The notes under the pieces were generated by a model, which saw only the letters and a list, made by a program, of their open reading frames with translations, was not told the origin of the DNA and made no database searches. Both the position numbers and the translations under genes were made by a program. Positions 9,904-18,208 of a stretch of DNA of 64,000 nucleotides are shown here, one piece after another; the first letter of the stretch is position 1, and the number at the start of each line of letters is the position of its first letter. Source of the DNA: Bdellovibrio sp. (GTDB taxonomy: Bacteria > Bdellovibrionota > Bdellovibrionia > Bdellovibrionales > Bdellovibrionaceae); the NCBI GenBank assembly GCA_036677065.1, contig JAKFBS010000003.1, positions 160,001 through 224,000 on the forward strand, given 5' to 3'.

Positions 9904-10613
9904 TTTTTACCCCTTAAATCTGGAGCGACAGAACATTGCAGATTTAAAACATTCATCCATGTAAAAAATCTTTGATACTGTTCGCTCGTTTTAAAGTACA
10001 TATTCCAAGCATAGGCCAAGTTCTGCTTTGATTCGGCATTTTCTAGCCATTCGTAGTTCGGGCCGACACCGCCTTCCGAATCCGGACGGATTGCCAGAGT
10101 GGGTGCAGAGCGGGGAGTAAAAGTTGACCACATCAAAATCATAAATCGCCAAGGGTGGGCCATTTCTCTTTGCCCAGAGTTAATTTTTGCAATTAAAGCA
10201 TAGTGTTTCGCTTGCAATTCAAGACGCGCTTTATTAAGAATCACTTTTTGAATCCCATCCAATATATTTTGCGCCTGATAATGGCCGTCTAATATTTTTT
10301 GTAAGGCAGGAACAGCTGGCGGATCAAGTACTAGGGCAATCGCAATCGCTGCCTTTGTGGTTTTGATTCCAAGGCGAATTATAGTTGATTCGGGATTAAG
10401 AGCAAACAGCGCCCGCACATTTTCTAAAGTCGATATTTGGATCTCAGTGGCCTCGAGAAGGCAGGTGCTGCGCACATAATCGCGCTGTTGTGATAGAGCA
10501 ATGGCGAAAGTGCCAGTTAAATAAAGGCTAACAAAAGACATCAGCACGAACACAAATGTCAGATTAACGAAACCTTTAGAGCTGTGGACGAAATTTTTCA
10601 TAATCAAACTCAC
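9873..10613 (-). CDS. TadG-like pseudopilin / pilus assembly protein
   Basis: SSKG/FVNLTFVFVLM prepilin-like N-terminus without E5; Cys pair; in pilin operon. Confidence 0.65.
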   Translation of the reverse strand: MSLIMKNFVHSSKGFVNLTFVFVLMSFVSLYLTGTFAIALSQQRDYVRSTCLLEATEIQISTLENVRALFALNPESTIIRLGIKTTKAAIAIALVLDPPAVPALQKILDGHYQAQNILDGIQKVILNKARLELQAKHYALIAKINSGQREMAHPWRFMILMWSTFTPRSAPTLAIRPDSEGGVGPNYEWLENAESKQNLAYAWNMYFKTSEQYQRFFTWMNVLNLQCSVAPDLRGKKWGLKINADK

Positions 10614-10932
10614 GTGTAATTGTCATCGATGCTAAATGCGTGGCTGAAATCGTTAAAATAATTTTTTGACCAGGCTTTTTGATTCTGACTGAAATATTTT
10701 TCATTTGATTTTGCTGTAAACGAGTTTTTAAGCGCTGTTCGCAACTGGGCTTACGAGCTAACTCGCAGAAAAAATAGTCTTCAGCCATTGAATCAAGGGC
10801 TACTGAGAAAATCACTTTGATCAGGCAATATAGCAATAAATAAAGAAAAAGCCCTGTGATGCTCATCATTCCCAGAGCTTCAAGTAGGGCTTGGCCTTTA
10901 TTATTACTTACCGTTATTTGTTTTTGCGCCAT
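10576..10932 (-). CDS. TadE-like pseudopilin
   Basis: NNKG/QALLEAL prepilin motif followed by a hydrophobic helix. Confidence 0.8.
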   Translation of the reverse strand: MAQKQITVSNNKGQALLEALGMMSITGLFLYLLLYCLIKVIFSVALDSMAEDYFFCELARKPSCEQRLKTRLQQNQMKNISVRIKKPGQKIILTISATHLASMTITREFDYEKFRPQL

Positions 10933-11158
10933 CTAAAAAATTCGATAAATCTTTTTGCGCCATAGCACCAGCGCTGGCATTTTCTGCTTTTAATTCTTGG
11001 CCGTCAGCACCAAGAGCGCGATTAATATTTTCATATTTCTTAGTTAAGTTGTTACCCACAACTTTAACCACGCCGATTGTCGCTACCGCGATCAGGGCAA
11101 CGAGCATTAAATATTCGATTAGGCCTTGGCCCTTTTTGTTTTTTAGAATTTTAGACAT
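10904..11158 (-). CDS. flp: Flp family type IVb/c pilin
   Basis: KNKKG/QGLIEYLMLVALIAVATIGVV Flp motif; SD GGAGG before ATG at 11158. Confidence 0.92.
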   Translation of the reverse strand: MSKILKNKKGQGLIEYLMLVALIAVATIGVVKVVGNNLTKKYENINRALGADGQELKAENASAGAMAQKDLSNFLDGAKTNNGK

Positions 11159-11262
11159 AAAAAAACCTCCATGAAGGAGGCTTTCTGCAAAGGCCCTGAA
11201 CAAGTCGAAGGCCTTTTTATAATTTATTGAATCCGTTATTCGAGAATAACCGGATTATCGGA

Positions 11263-11733
11263 TTACTTCTTAGCTTTTTTCTTTGCAACCGGAACAGCTT
11301 TAGCAGCCACTTTAGCTTTTACTACAGGTTTAGCTGCTGGTTTTGCCGCGGCTTTAACTGGAGCAGCTTTTACTGCAGGCTTAGCAACAGCTTTAACTGG
11401 AGCAGCCGGAGCAGGTTTAGCTTTAGCAGCTAATTTTTCTTGAGCAGCTACTTTGGCCTGTTTTTCTTGGGCGGCGACAGCTTGAGCTTCAAGTTTTGCG
11501 GCAGCTTTGCTTTCAGTTTTTTGCGCTTTTTTAGCAGCTTTGCGACCAGTCACGATACGGTCTAAAATTTCGTAAGCTTCTTTTTGTAAATCATTTTCAA
11601 AAATGAAACGGTAAAAACCTTCGATTTCAGGAGATTGGCGAAATTTTTTTAATGATGTCGGTAAGCTTTCAGATTGAACGAAATCAATTGAGCTACCATC
11701 TTTAGAAAGTTTAACTTTTTCAGCCATTTGCAC
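11263..11733 (-). CDS. Small protein with a Lys/Ala/Pro-rich (histone H1-like) C-terminal tail
   Basis: Globular N-terminal ~60 aa followed by AKPA/VKAA repeats. Confidence 0.8.
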   Translation of the reverse strand: MQMAEKVKLSKDGSSIDFVQSESLPTSLKKFRQSPEIEGFYRFIFENDLQKEAYEILDRIVTGRKAAKKAQKTESKAAAKLEAQAVAAQEKQAKVAAQEKLAAKAKPAPAAPVKAVAKPAVKAAPVKAAAKPAAKPVVKAKVAAKAVPVAKKKAKK

Positions 11734-11871
11734 ACCTCTTTTGTCTAACTTCGCAATCTAGTAGAAAACTTGGTTCTGGTCAAGAAACCATTGTTCGTGT
11801 TGCCGTTTGTAACCCCTTGAAATCTCTCACATATTTGCTACTTTTAAGTCTCACGATAGAAATGAGGCTAC

Positions 11872-12726
11872 ATGATGAAGCTCCTTAAGGGTCAACCGGT
11901 CAGTGAAAAAATCCAGGCGGATATCAAATCCGAGATCGCATCATGGCCAACCAAAGGACTTCCTCTTCCCCATTTAAGTGTGATTCTTGTCGGTAATGAT
12001 CCGGCTAGCCAAGTTTATGTTGGGCACAAAGCCAGAATGTGTGAAGCTCTGGGCTTTTCATCAGAAGTCATCAGACTAGATGAAAAAATCTCAGAAGCTG
12101 AACTACTCAAAAAAATTGATGAACTTAATAAAAATCCGAAAGTGGATGGCATCTTGGTGCAATTACCTCTGCCAAAACATATTCACGAGCGTAATGCTTT
12201 AGAAAAAATCTCACCACTTAAAGATGTCGACTGTTTAACAAAAACAAACATCGGTTCAATGGTCGTAGGTGATGCGATTGTAAAACCTTGCACTCCAGCA
12301 GGAATCATCGAGATTTTAAAATTCTACGATATTAAAATTGCCGGTCAAAAAATCGCCGTCATCGGCCGTAGCCAAATCGTGGGAACTCCGCTTGTGCATT
12401 TATTAACGCAAGAAAATGCGACAGTTACTTTATTTCATTCTAAATCTGAAAACCTTATGCAAGAGATTAAAACTTTCGACATCGTTTGTGTGGCGATCGG
12501 TAAATCTGAATACTTCAAAGCCACAGATTTTAAACAAGGTGCGATTGTTATTGATGTGGGAATTCACAGAAGTGCAGATCATAAATTAACGGGTGATGTC
12601 GCGAAAGCTACAGAAAATGATTCGTGGTTATCTGCGCAATCACCTGTGCCTGGCGGAGTCGGTGTAACAACTATTGCCATGCTAATGCAAAACACTTTAC
12701 AGGCCTGCAAAGCCCGCAGACAATAA
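11872..12726 (+). CDS. folD: Bifunctional methylenetetrahydrofolate dehydrogenase/cyclohydrolase
   Basis: VGNDPASQVYV, DGILVQLPLP, KDVD, PCTPAG, GRSQIVG, PVPGGVG. Confidence 0.96.
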   Translation: MMKLLKGQPVSEKIQADIKSEIASWPTKGLPLPHLSVILVGNDPASQVYVGHKARMCEALGFSSEVIRLDEKISEAELLKKIDELNKNPKVDGILVQLPLPKHIHERNALEKISPLKDVDCLTKTNIGSMVVGDAIVKPCTPAGIIEILKFYDIKIAGQKIAVIGRSQIVGTPLVHLLTQENATVTLFHSKSENLMQEIKTFDIVCVAIGKSEYFKATDFKQGAIVIDVGIHRSADHKLTGDVAKATENDSWLSAQSPVPGGVGVTTIAMLMQNTLQACKARRQ

Positions 12727-12731
12727 AAGTT

Positions 12732-13730
12732 ATGAAAATTTATTTAGCTATAACTTCGTTATTTTTTTCATTGCCTTTACTGGCCGCGCCAAAGTTTACC
12801 CTTAAAAAAGTTTGGCAAATTCCCGCACAAACTAAATTAGAAAACTTCACAGTTGGTGGCCTTTCTGGTTGCAGTAAACTGAACGAAGAGATTTATTTTG
12901 TATCTGACGATCGTGGCAATCAAGGTCATCCAAGAATTTTAGTTCTAAATTATGATAGTCAAAAAGCAGAATTAAACATAAAAGACCAGAAATGGTTACG
13001 CGTGGCTAAGCCCATAGATAATAAAACTTTCTTGGATATGGAAGGCATTGCGCGTATCTCTGCTGATCGCACGTTAATTTCGAGTGAAGGTGATCTTAGT
13101 CAAAAACCACGTCAGCCAGTTTCTCTTTTTTGGATTAATTCAAGCGGTCAGCGCCTAAGCGATGTGACTCTGCCTACAAAATTTATTGCCAACCCTTCAG
13201 GGTTACAAACTCGCGGCACGCAAAACAATATGGGCTTTGAAGGCTTAAGTATGGATGCGGATCTTGGTTTATGGGGCGCGATTTTAGAAGGCCCACTGGT
13301 GCAAGATCCAACTAAGTTAATTATGATTGAAGGGTCTGCTTCGGGCACTTCAGTGCAAAACGAATGGTCTTACCCAATTCCGCAATATATCGGAGATGGT
13401 TTAGGCGCTGCGATGGGTGTTACAGATTTTGTTTATGATAAAAATCAAAGTCTGATTGTGATCGAACGTGGGGTAAGCCTTAGTCTAAATGGTGTCAACT
13501 ACGATGCCCAGATGTGTACCGCTGAAAAGAATCCAGCAACTAAGTCGATTAAAAAGAACTGCTTTTACGACTTTGCTCAGGATAAAGCCCTTAAAGCCCA
13601 TGTGAAAGAAGTGCTAAATTACGAAGGTATCTGCTGGCTCAATGATCAAAAGACTCAGTTTATGGTCATTAATGATAATAATTTTTCAAAGACCGAGAAT
13701 AACCTTTTTCTTTTATACCAAATCGACTAA
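12732..13730 (+). CDS. Esterase-like activity of phytase family protein (secreted beta-propeller)
   Basis: Signal peptide; GGLSG, VSDDRG, DMEGI, NMGFEGL, NYEGI, NDNNFS motifs. Confidence 0.85.
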   Translation: MKIYLAITSLFFSLPLLAAPKFTLKKVWQIPAQTKLENFTVGGLSGCSKLNEEIYFVSDDRGNQGHPRILVLNYDSQKAELNIKDQKWLRVAKPIDNKTFLDMEGIARISADRTLISSEGDLSQKPRQPVSLFWINSSGQRLSDVTLPTKFIANPSGLQTRGTQNNMGFEGLSMDADLGLWGAILEGPLVQDPTKLIMIEGSASGTSVQNEWSYPIPQYIGDGLGAAMGVTDFVYDKNQSLIVIERGVSLSLNGVNYDAQMCTAEKNPATKSIKKNCFYDFAQDKALKAHVKEVLNYEGICWLNDQKTQFMVINDNNFSKTENNLFLLYQID

Positions 13731-13784
13731 ATAGTGCCTCTGACTTAAGAGGATCGTGCCGAAGGCGCGTAAAGGTATATACCC

Positions 13785-15110
13785 ATGAGAATTTGGAAGC
13801 TAAAAAAAGGCTCTGATCAACGTTTACGTTCGCGCCACCCGTGGGTGTTTTCTAATGAATTGATGGATAGCCCACGCGGCCTAACTCCTGGCGAATTAGT
13901 TGAAGTTCATGATTATCAAGGTCACTTTATTGCCCGTGGTTATGGTAATCCTAGTTCTTTAATCGCTTTTCGTGCGATGACTTACGAATTAAAAGATTTT
14001 GAAATCGGCGAAGTTCCTTTTATTAGTTCTAAACTTTATACCGCTTGGGAAAAGCGTATTCATTTAGGCTTTTCAGATTCGTTTCGTATTTGTTATTCTG
14101 AAGCCGATTCTTTACCAGGCCTAATTATGGATCGTTACGTTTTTGAAAAAGACGGTGAACGTTACCAAGTTTTATCTTACCAATTATTAACTTACGGTAT
14201 GAATCGTATTTTTGAAAAAGCTGAAGCGATTTATAAGCAGCTTGTTGAAGCTATATTTTCGCAAAAACTTTCTGATATTGATTGGGCGCATACGATTTTA
14301 TTACAACGTAATGATGTGAATATCAGAAAACTCGAAGGCCTTGACGTTGAAGAGCCTAAAGTTATCTATAACCCTAAAGACATTTCTTTAACTGATTTGC
14401 AGATTATTATTCCTTCAGTGATGGCTAGTGCTTTGAATACGACCGAGACCTTGAAATTTTCAGTGAATTTAATCGAAGGTCAAAAAACCGGTTTTTTCTT
14501 AGATCAAACGCATAACATCCGTTTGTTGATTCAAAGTTTAGAAGGTCTTATTCGCGTGAAAGAATTTACTGACGAGAAGCCGCTAAAAATTTTAGATCTT
14601 TGCTGTTACATGGGTCAGTGGTCGGCGCAGATCGCGTTTTATTTAAAACAAAAAAATATTCCTTTCCAGGTCTTATTGGTGGATGTTTCTGAACTTGCAC
14701 TTGAAAAAGCTAAAGAGAATTTGAAACGCTATACGAGTAAAGTTTCTGTATTGAAGGCCGATGTTCTTAAAGATCTTGGAACTATCACTGACAATAGTTT
14801 TCACGTTGTTATTTCTGATCCGCCGGCTTTTGTTAAAAATAAAAAAGATATGGAATCGGGCCTTCATGGGTATATGAAGTTGAATGAACAGGCGTTTCGC
14901 ATTGTGATGAGCAAGGGTGTTGTGGCATCGTGCTCTTGTTCTGGCTCTGTGCAAATGGCGGATTTTAAGAGTTCATTGCGTAAATCGATTATTCGTACTG
15001 GTAAAAAAGCCCAGCTTATCTGTGAAGGCGGCTTAGGATGGGATCATCCTGGTTTGATTCAGTTTCCCGAAGGTCAGTATTTGAAGATGTTATTACATAA
15101 AGTTGAGTAA
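13785..15110 (+). CDS. Class I SAM-dependent rRNA methyltransferase, RlmI-like
   Basis: HPWVFSNE (PUA), EADSLPGLIMDRY, GQKTGFFLDQ, ILDLCCYMG, SDPPAF, SCSCS. Confidence 0.9.
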   Translation: MRIWKLKKGSDQRLRSRHPWVFSNELMDSPRGLTPGELVEVHDYQGHFIARGYGNPSSLIAFRAMTYELKDFEIGEVPFISSKLYTAWEKRIHLGFSDSFRICYSEADSLPGLIMDRYVFEKDGERYQVLSYQLLTYGMNRIFEKAEAIYKQLVEAIFSQKLSDIDWAHTILLQRNDVNIRKLEGLDVEEPKVIYNPKDISLTDLQIIIPSVMASALNTTETLKFSVNLIEGQKTGFFLDQTHNIRLLIQSLEGLIRVKEFTDEKPLKILDLCCYMGQWSAQIAFYLKQKNIPFQVLLVDVSELALEKAKENLKRYTSKVSVLKADVLKDLGTITDNSFHVVISDPPAFVKNKKDMESGLHGYMKLNEQAFRIVMSKGVVASCSCSGSVQMADFKSSLRKSIIRTGKKAQLICEGGLGWDHPGLIQFPEGQYLKMLLHKVE

Positions 15111-15204
15111 TTTTTTTTGGGCTTGGTTTGAATCCGGCCGCTGCGCTGGTTTGCCTTCCTGGCCGGCCTTTCTGACGGCATCATGTTTTACTCTATTTAT
15201 CTTG

Positions 15205-15352
15205 TGGTCTTTTTTTCGCTCTTGTTTTGGGTTTACATTGTAAACCGAAATCCTGAGTGTGGAAAATGCGTCATCATGGATTTCTTTAATCGCTCTGTAT
15301 TTAGATCAACATTGTTGACTGAAACCCTGAGTGTTAAAAGCGCGTCATAAAT
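15205..15352. repeat. Two diverged 74-bp tandem repeats in a convergent intergenic region
   Basis: TCGCTCT (15216/15290), ACATTGT (15235/15309), CCTGAGTGT (15252/15326) and GCGTCAT (15268/15342) all recur at offset 74. Confidence 0.8.
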
Positions 15353-15451
15353 TTTAGGCTGGCCGTTCGCGGCTTAAATAGCGATCGGGGCTCTGTCCTG
15401 TCTGTTGCTGACGAAAGCCCGATCTTATAATTGAACTTAATTTTTTTAAAA

Positions 15452-16327
15452 CTATCTTTGCGCTTGTTGTACTTGTTGAACTTGGCCTTGGATTGTTTGT
15501 TGTTGGCCTTGGATTGTTTGTTGTTGGCCTTGAGCTGCGAAGATCTGTTGTTGGAACGCTGTCATTTTGTTGATGTAATCTTTAAGAGCTGTGTTTTCTT
15601 TTCTTAAGATTTCTGTTTGGGTTCTTGATTGTTCAAACTGACCACGCACGTTATCTAGTTCTGATTGGATTCTATCGCCTTCTAGTTTTAGCTCGACGAT
15701 TTTGTTTTCAGCTACTGTCATTAAATGTTTAATCGTTTCAGCTTGTTCTTGTGATGTGCCTTCGATTTCTGTCATGCCAGTTTCAAGTTCATTGATTCTG
15801 CCACTTAACATTTCGATTTGTTCTTCTTTTTGTTTTGATTCAGCAGCTAGGCCTTGATTCATGTCTAATAAGCGGCCTTTTTCTTTTTGAAAATCAAATT
15901 GAATGTTTTCGTAATTTTCTAAGTACTGCTTACGATCATCCATTTGTGCTTGGATAGCTTTAGTTTTGATTTCTTGGATCTCTAATTGAAGTTTTAAAGA
16001 TAAATCCAGTGATCTTGCTAAATCTGTCGATAGTTTTGAATTGTGTGATCTTTCTTGGTTTAAAAGATCTGTTAATTCTTTCACTTTGACCGTTAGATCA
16101 GAGTTTGATGTTGTCATCTTCTCTAATGAATCGATTTTTAGCTTCATGTCTTCGTGATTCGAGACCAGCTCGATTTGAAAGTTTTTCAGCTGATTCTGCA
16201 TTTTGTCCAACTGGACAACGCGGTCTTTTGAGCTTTTTTGGTCTTCGTCTTGTGACAATTCGTTCAGCTTGTGACAAATTTCGTTAAAAATCTTCTCGTG
16301 TTCTGGGATATTTAAAGTTTCGATCAT
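15452..16327 (-). CDS. Long coiled-coil protein with a Gln-rich C-terminal repeat
   Basis: Heptad-rich E/K/Q/L composition; QQQTIQG x2 encoded by a 21-bp tandem repeat at 15482-15532. Confidence 0.85.
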   Translation of the reverse strand: MIETLNIPEHEKIFNEICHKLNELSQDEDQKSSKDRVVQLDKMQNQLKNFQIELVSNHEDMKLKIDSLEKMTTSNSDLTVKVKELTDLLNQERSHNSKLSTDLARSLDLSLKLQLEIQEIKTKAIQAQMDDRKQYLENYENIQFDFQKEKGRLLDMNQGLAAESKQKEEQIEMLSGRINELETGMTEIEGTSQEQAETIKHLMTVAENKIVELKLEGDRIQSELDNVRGQFEQSRTQTEILRKENTALKDYINKMTAFQQQIFAAQGQQQTIQGQQQTIQGQVQQVQQAQR

Positions 16328-16441
16328 GTAAAGTGTTCCTCGCTTGCAGTACTAACAGCTTATGCAACGACCAAGTTGTTGACCATAAGTCCTGTTTTGG
16401 TTTTAAATAATCCAGTATAAAGTCCAGAGAATAGACGAAGG

Positions 16442-16954
16442 TTGGTGAATCTTATGTTAAGAAGTCGTGTTTTTACTGTTGTTATCGCAGCTATATTTTT
16501 TCAAACCCAAACTGCTTTGGCTCAGAATTCATTTTTTGAAATAAAAGAACCACCCCGCGCGGCTGAATATATTTACCGTTCTTCGCAAAAAGAAACGTTA
16601 ATTAGCGTTCAACTCTTAGGCGCTGTCGAAAACCCAGGTATCTACTACATCCCGGCGCAGACTGATCTTTTAAAATTAGTCTCTTTGGCAGGTGGAACCC
16701 GAGATGCAGATTTAGCTGAAGTTTTAGTTCGTAAAACTGATCCATCTCAAAAAGGGGTGTATGAACTTGATTTAAATAAATTGATGAAATCAACTTCTGA
16801 AGTTAAGCCTTTCAAATTAGCGCAAGATGATTTCGTGTACATTCCTAAGAAACAACCTTGGATTTCTAGTGATATTGCGCAATCTGTAACAATTATTTCT
16901 TTAATCACAAGCATTATCCTGACAAGCGTATTGATTGAAAAGAACTCTGACTAA
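16442..16954 (+). CDS. SLBB-domain protein (Wza-like polysaccharide export fragment)
   Basis: VQLLGAVENPGIY, LVSLAGG, L..DDFVYIP; C-terminal hydrophobic helix. Confidence 0.8.
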   Translation: MVNLMLRSRVFTVVIAAIFFQTQTALAQNSFFEIKEPPRAAEYIYRSSQKETLISVQLLGAVENPGIYYIPAQTDLLKLVSLAGGTRDADLAEVLVRKTDPSQKGVYELDLNKLMKSTSEVKPFKLAQDDFVYIPKKQPWISSDIAQSVTIISLITSIILTSVLIEKNSD

Positions 16955-16960
16955 GAATTC

Positions 16961-18208
16961 ATGCTATTTTTAATCGCGCTGATTTTTTTATCTAAAGTTT
17001 CATTTGGATTTATTCCGGGATTCCCTTATCAGGAATCCTTTTTTATTTTTCAAAAGGGTTTGCATCCTTTCGTAAATATTTTCTTTAACATAATAATTGG
17101 TTCGGTGTTGGTGATTAAGTTTTTCTGGAAGAGCAATCACCACTATTTGCAAAATCGTTTTTTTAAATTCTACTTATTTGTTTTTTGTTTGTTCTTATTG
17201 GCGATCACGGCCGTGCAGGTCGTCTTAGGTGAAAGTATCAGTCCTTGGTGGTTGCAAATCAGTGCAGCGCTTTCTGCGTGTTTTACCGTGGTGTTATTTG
17301 CACGCGTGATACCCAGTGAATTATCGATTATTAAATTTATCACCCTGACACAAAAAATCAGTATCGTGCTTTGTTATTTGAGTTTGCTTCTATTGATTGT
17401 AATGCCAGCTTTAAGTTTTAAAGGTGGGCGTTTTATCGGGGTGTTTAAGCATATTCCGTATATGGTGACAACGGCAACGCTGGCTTCGGTATTTTTAATT
17501 TATGAGCTCTTTGCTAAATCAAATTCGCGCCCGCGCTTAATTTATTTAGTACTAAGCTTAGCTGTGGCTATGACTGCTCTTATTTTAACTGGAACACGTT
17601 CTGCTTTATTTGCGGTGATTTTAAGTTATTTCTTAGCGTTTTTGTTTTTTCCGGCAAAAAAAGCGGCCAACCAATTTATTAAAGTGTCGGTGGCTTTTGC
17701 TCTGGTGATTGCGACTGTGTTGTTTGGTCAAAACATCAGTAATTATGCGCTTGAATTAGTACGCGGTGAAAGTGCTGTTGGTCTGCGTGCTGCTCAAGAT
17801 GGTGTGGCTTCGCGTTTTGATGAGTTTGATCGTGGTTATGAGATCTTTGCGAAAAGCCCGATCATTGGCCAAGGGTTATTATCTAAGTTCGGTGAAATTA
17901 ATGAAACCGATGTCGGGCAGTATAATGCCAATAAAGACCCGCATAATATTTTGGTTTCTGCCGGGGTTATTGGCGGCTTTGGCTTTATTATTCTGGTGTT
18001 TGTGGGTTTTATCGGCCTGATTGCTGTGAGCTTTAAAAAACTTCGCTCAGCGGCGCCAGAGTTTAAAATTTTGGCTATTTATGTGCTGACGCATATTCCG
18101 ATTTTGTTTATTTATCATGTGCACTTGTCATTAGGTGGTATGGCCGATCGCTTCTATTGGATTGTCATTGGCTATATGATGATTAATATGAGAAAACAAA
18201 ACACATGA
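16961..18208 (+). CDS. O-antigen ligase/Wzy_C family membrane protein
   Basis: Many TM helices; R..GVF.H, LTGTRSA, SPIIGQG, DPHN motifs. Confidence 0.88.
   Translation: MLFLIALIFLSKVSFGFIPGFPYQESFFIFQKGLHPFVNIFFNIIIGSVLVIKFFWKSNHHYLQNRFFKFYLFVFCLFLLAITAVQVVLGESISPWWLQISAALSACFTVVLFARVIPSELSIIKFITLTQKISIVLCYLSLLLLIVMPALSFKGGRFIGVFKHIPYMVTTATLASVFLIYELFAKSNSRPRLIYLVLSLAVAMTALILTGTRSALFAVILSYFLAFLFFPAKKAANQFIKVSVAFALVIATVLFGQNISNYALELVRGESAVGLRAAQDGVASRFDEFDRGYEIFAKSPIIGQGLLSKFGEINETDVGQYNANKDPHNILVSAGVIGGFGFIILVFVGFIGLIAVSFKKLRSAAPEFKILAIYVLTHIPILFIYHVHLSLGGMADRFYWIVIGYMMINMRKQNT

Noticed and set aside
15131..15170. SRP RNA-like motif (minus strand CCAGGAAGGCAAACCAGCGCAGC)
   Set aside because: Only partial resemblance to SRP helix 8; lacks the GNRA-capped symmetric loop geometry and the long flanking helix.
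15205..15352. CRISPR array interpretation of the 74-bp repeats
   Set aside because: Only two units, similar along their whole length with no unique spacers, and no cas genes in the window.
15383..15424. Hammerhead ribozyme suggested by CTGACGAAA
   Set aside because: CUGA.GA and GAAA overlap rather than flanking a stem II, so the three-way junction cannot be built.
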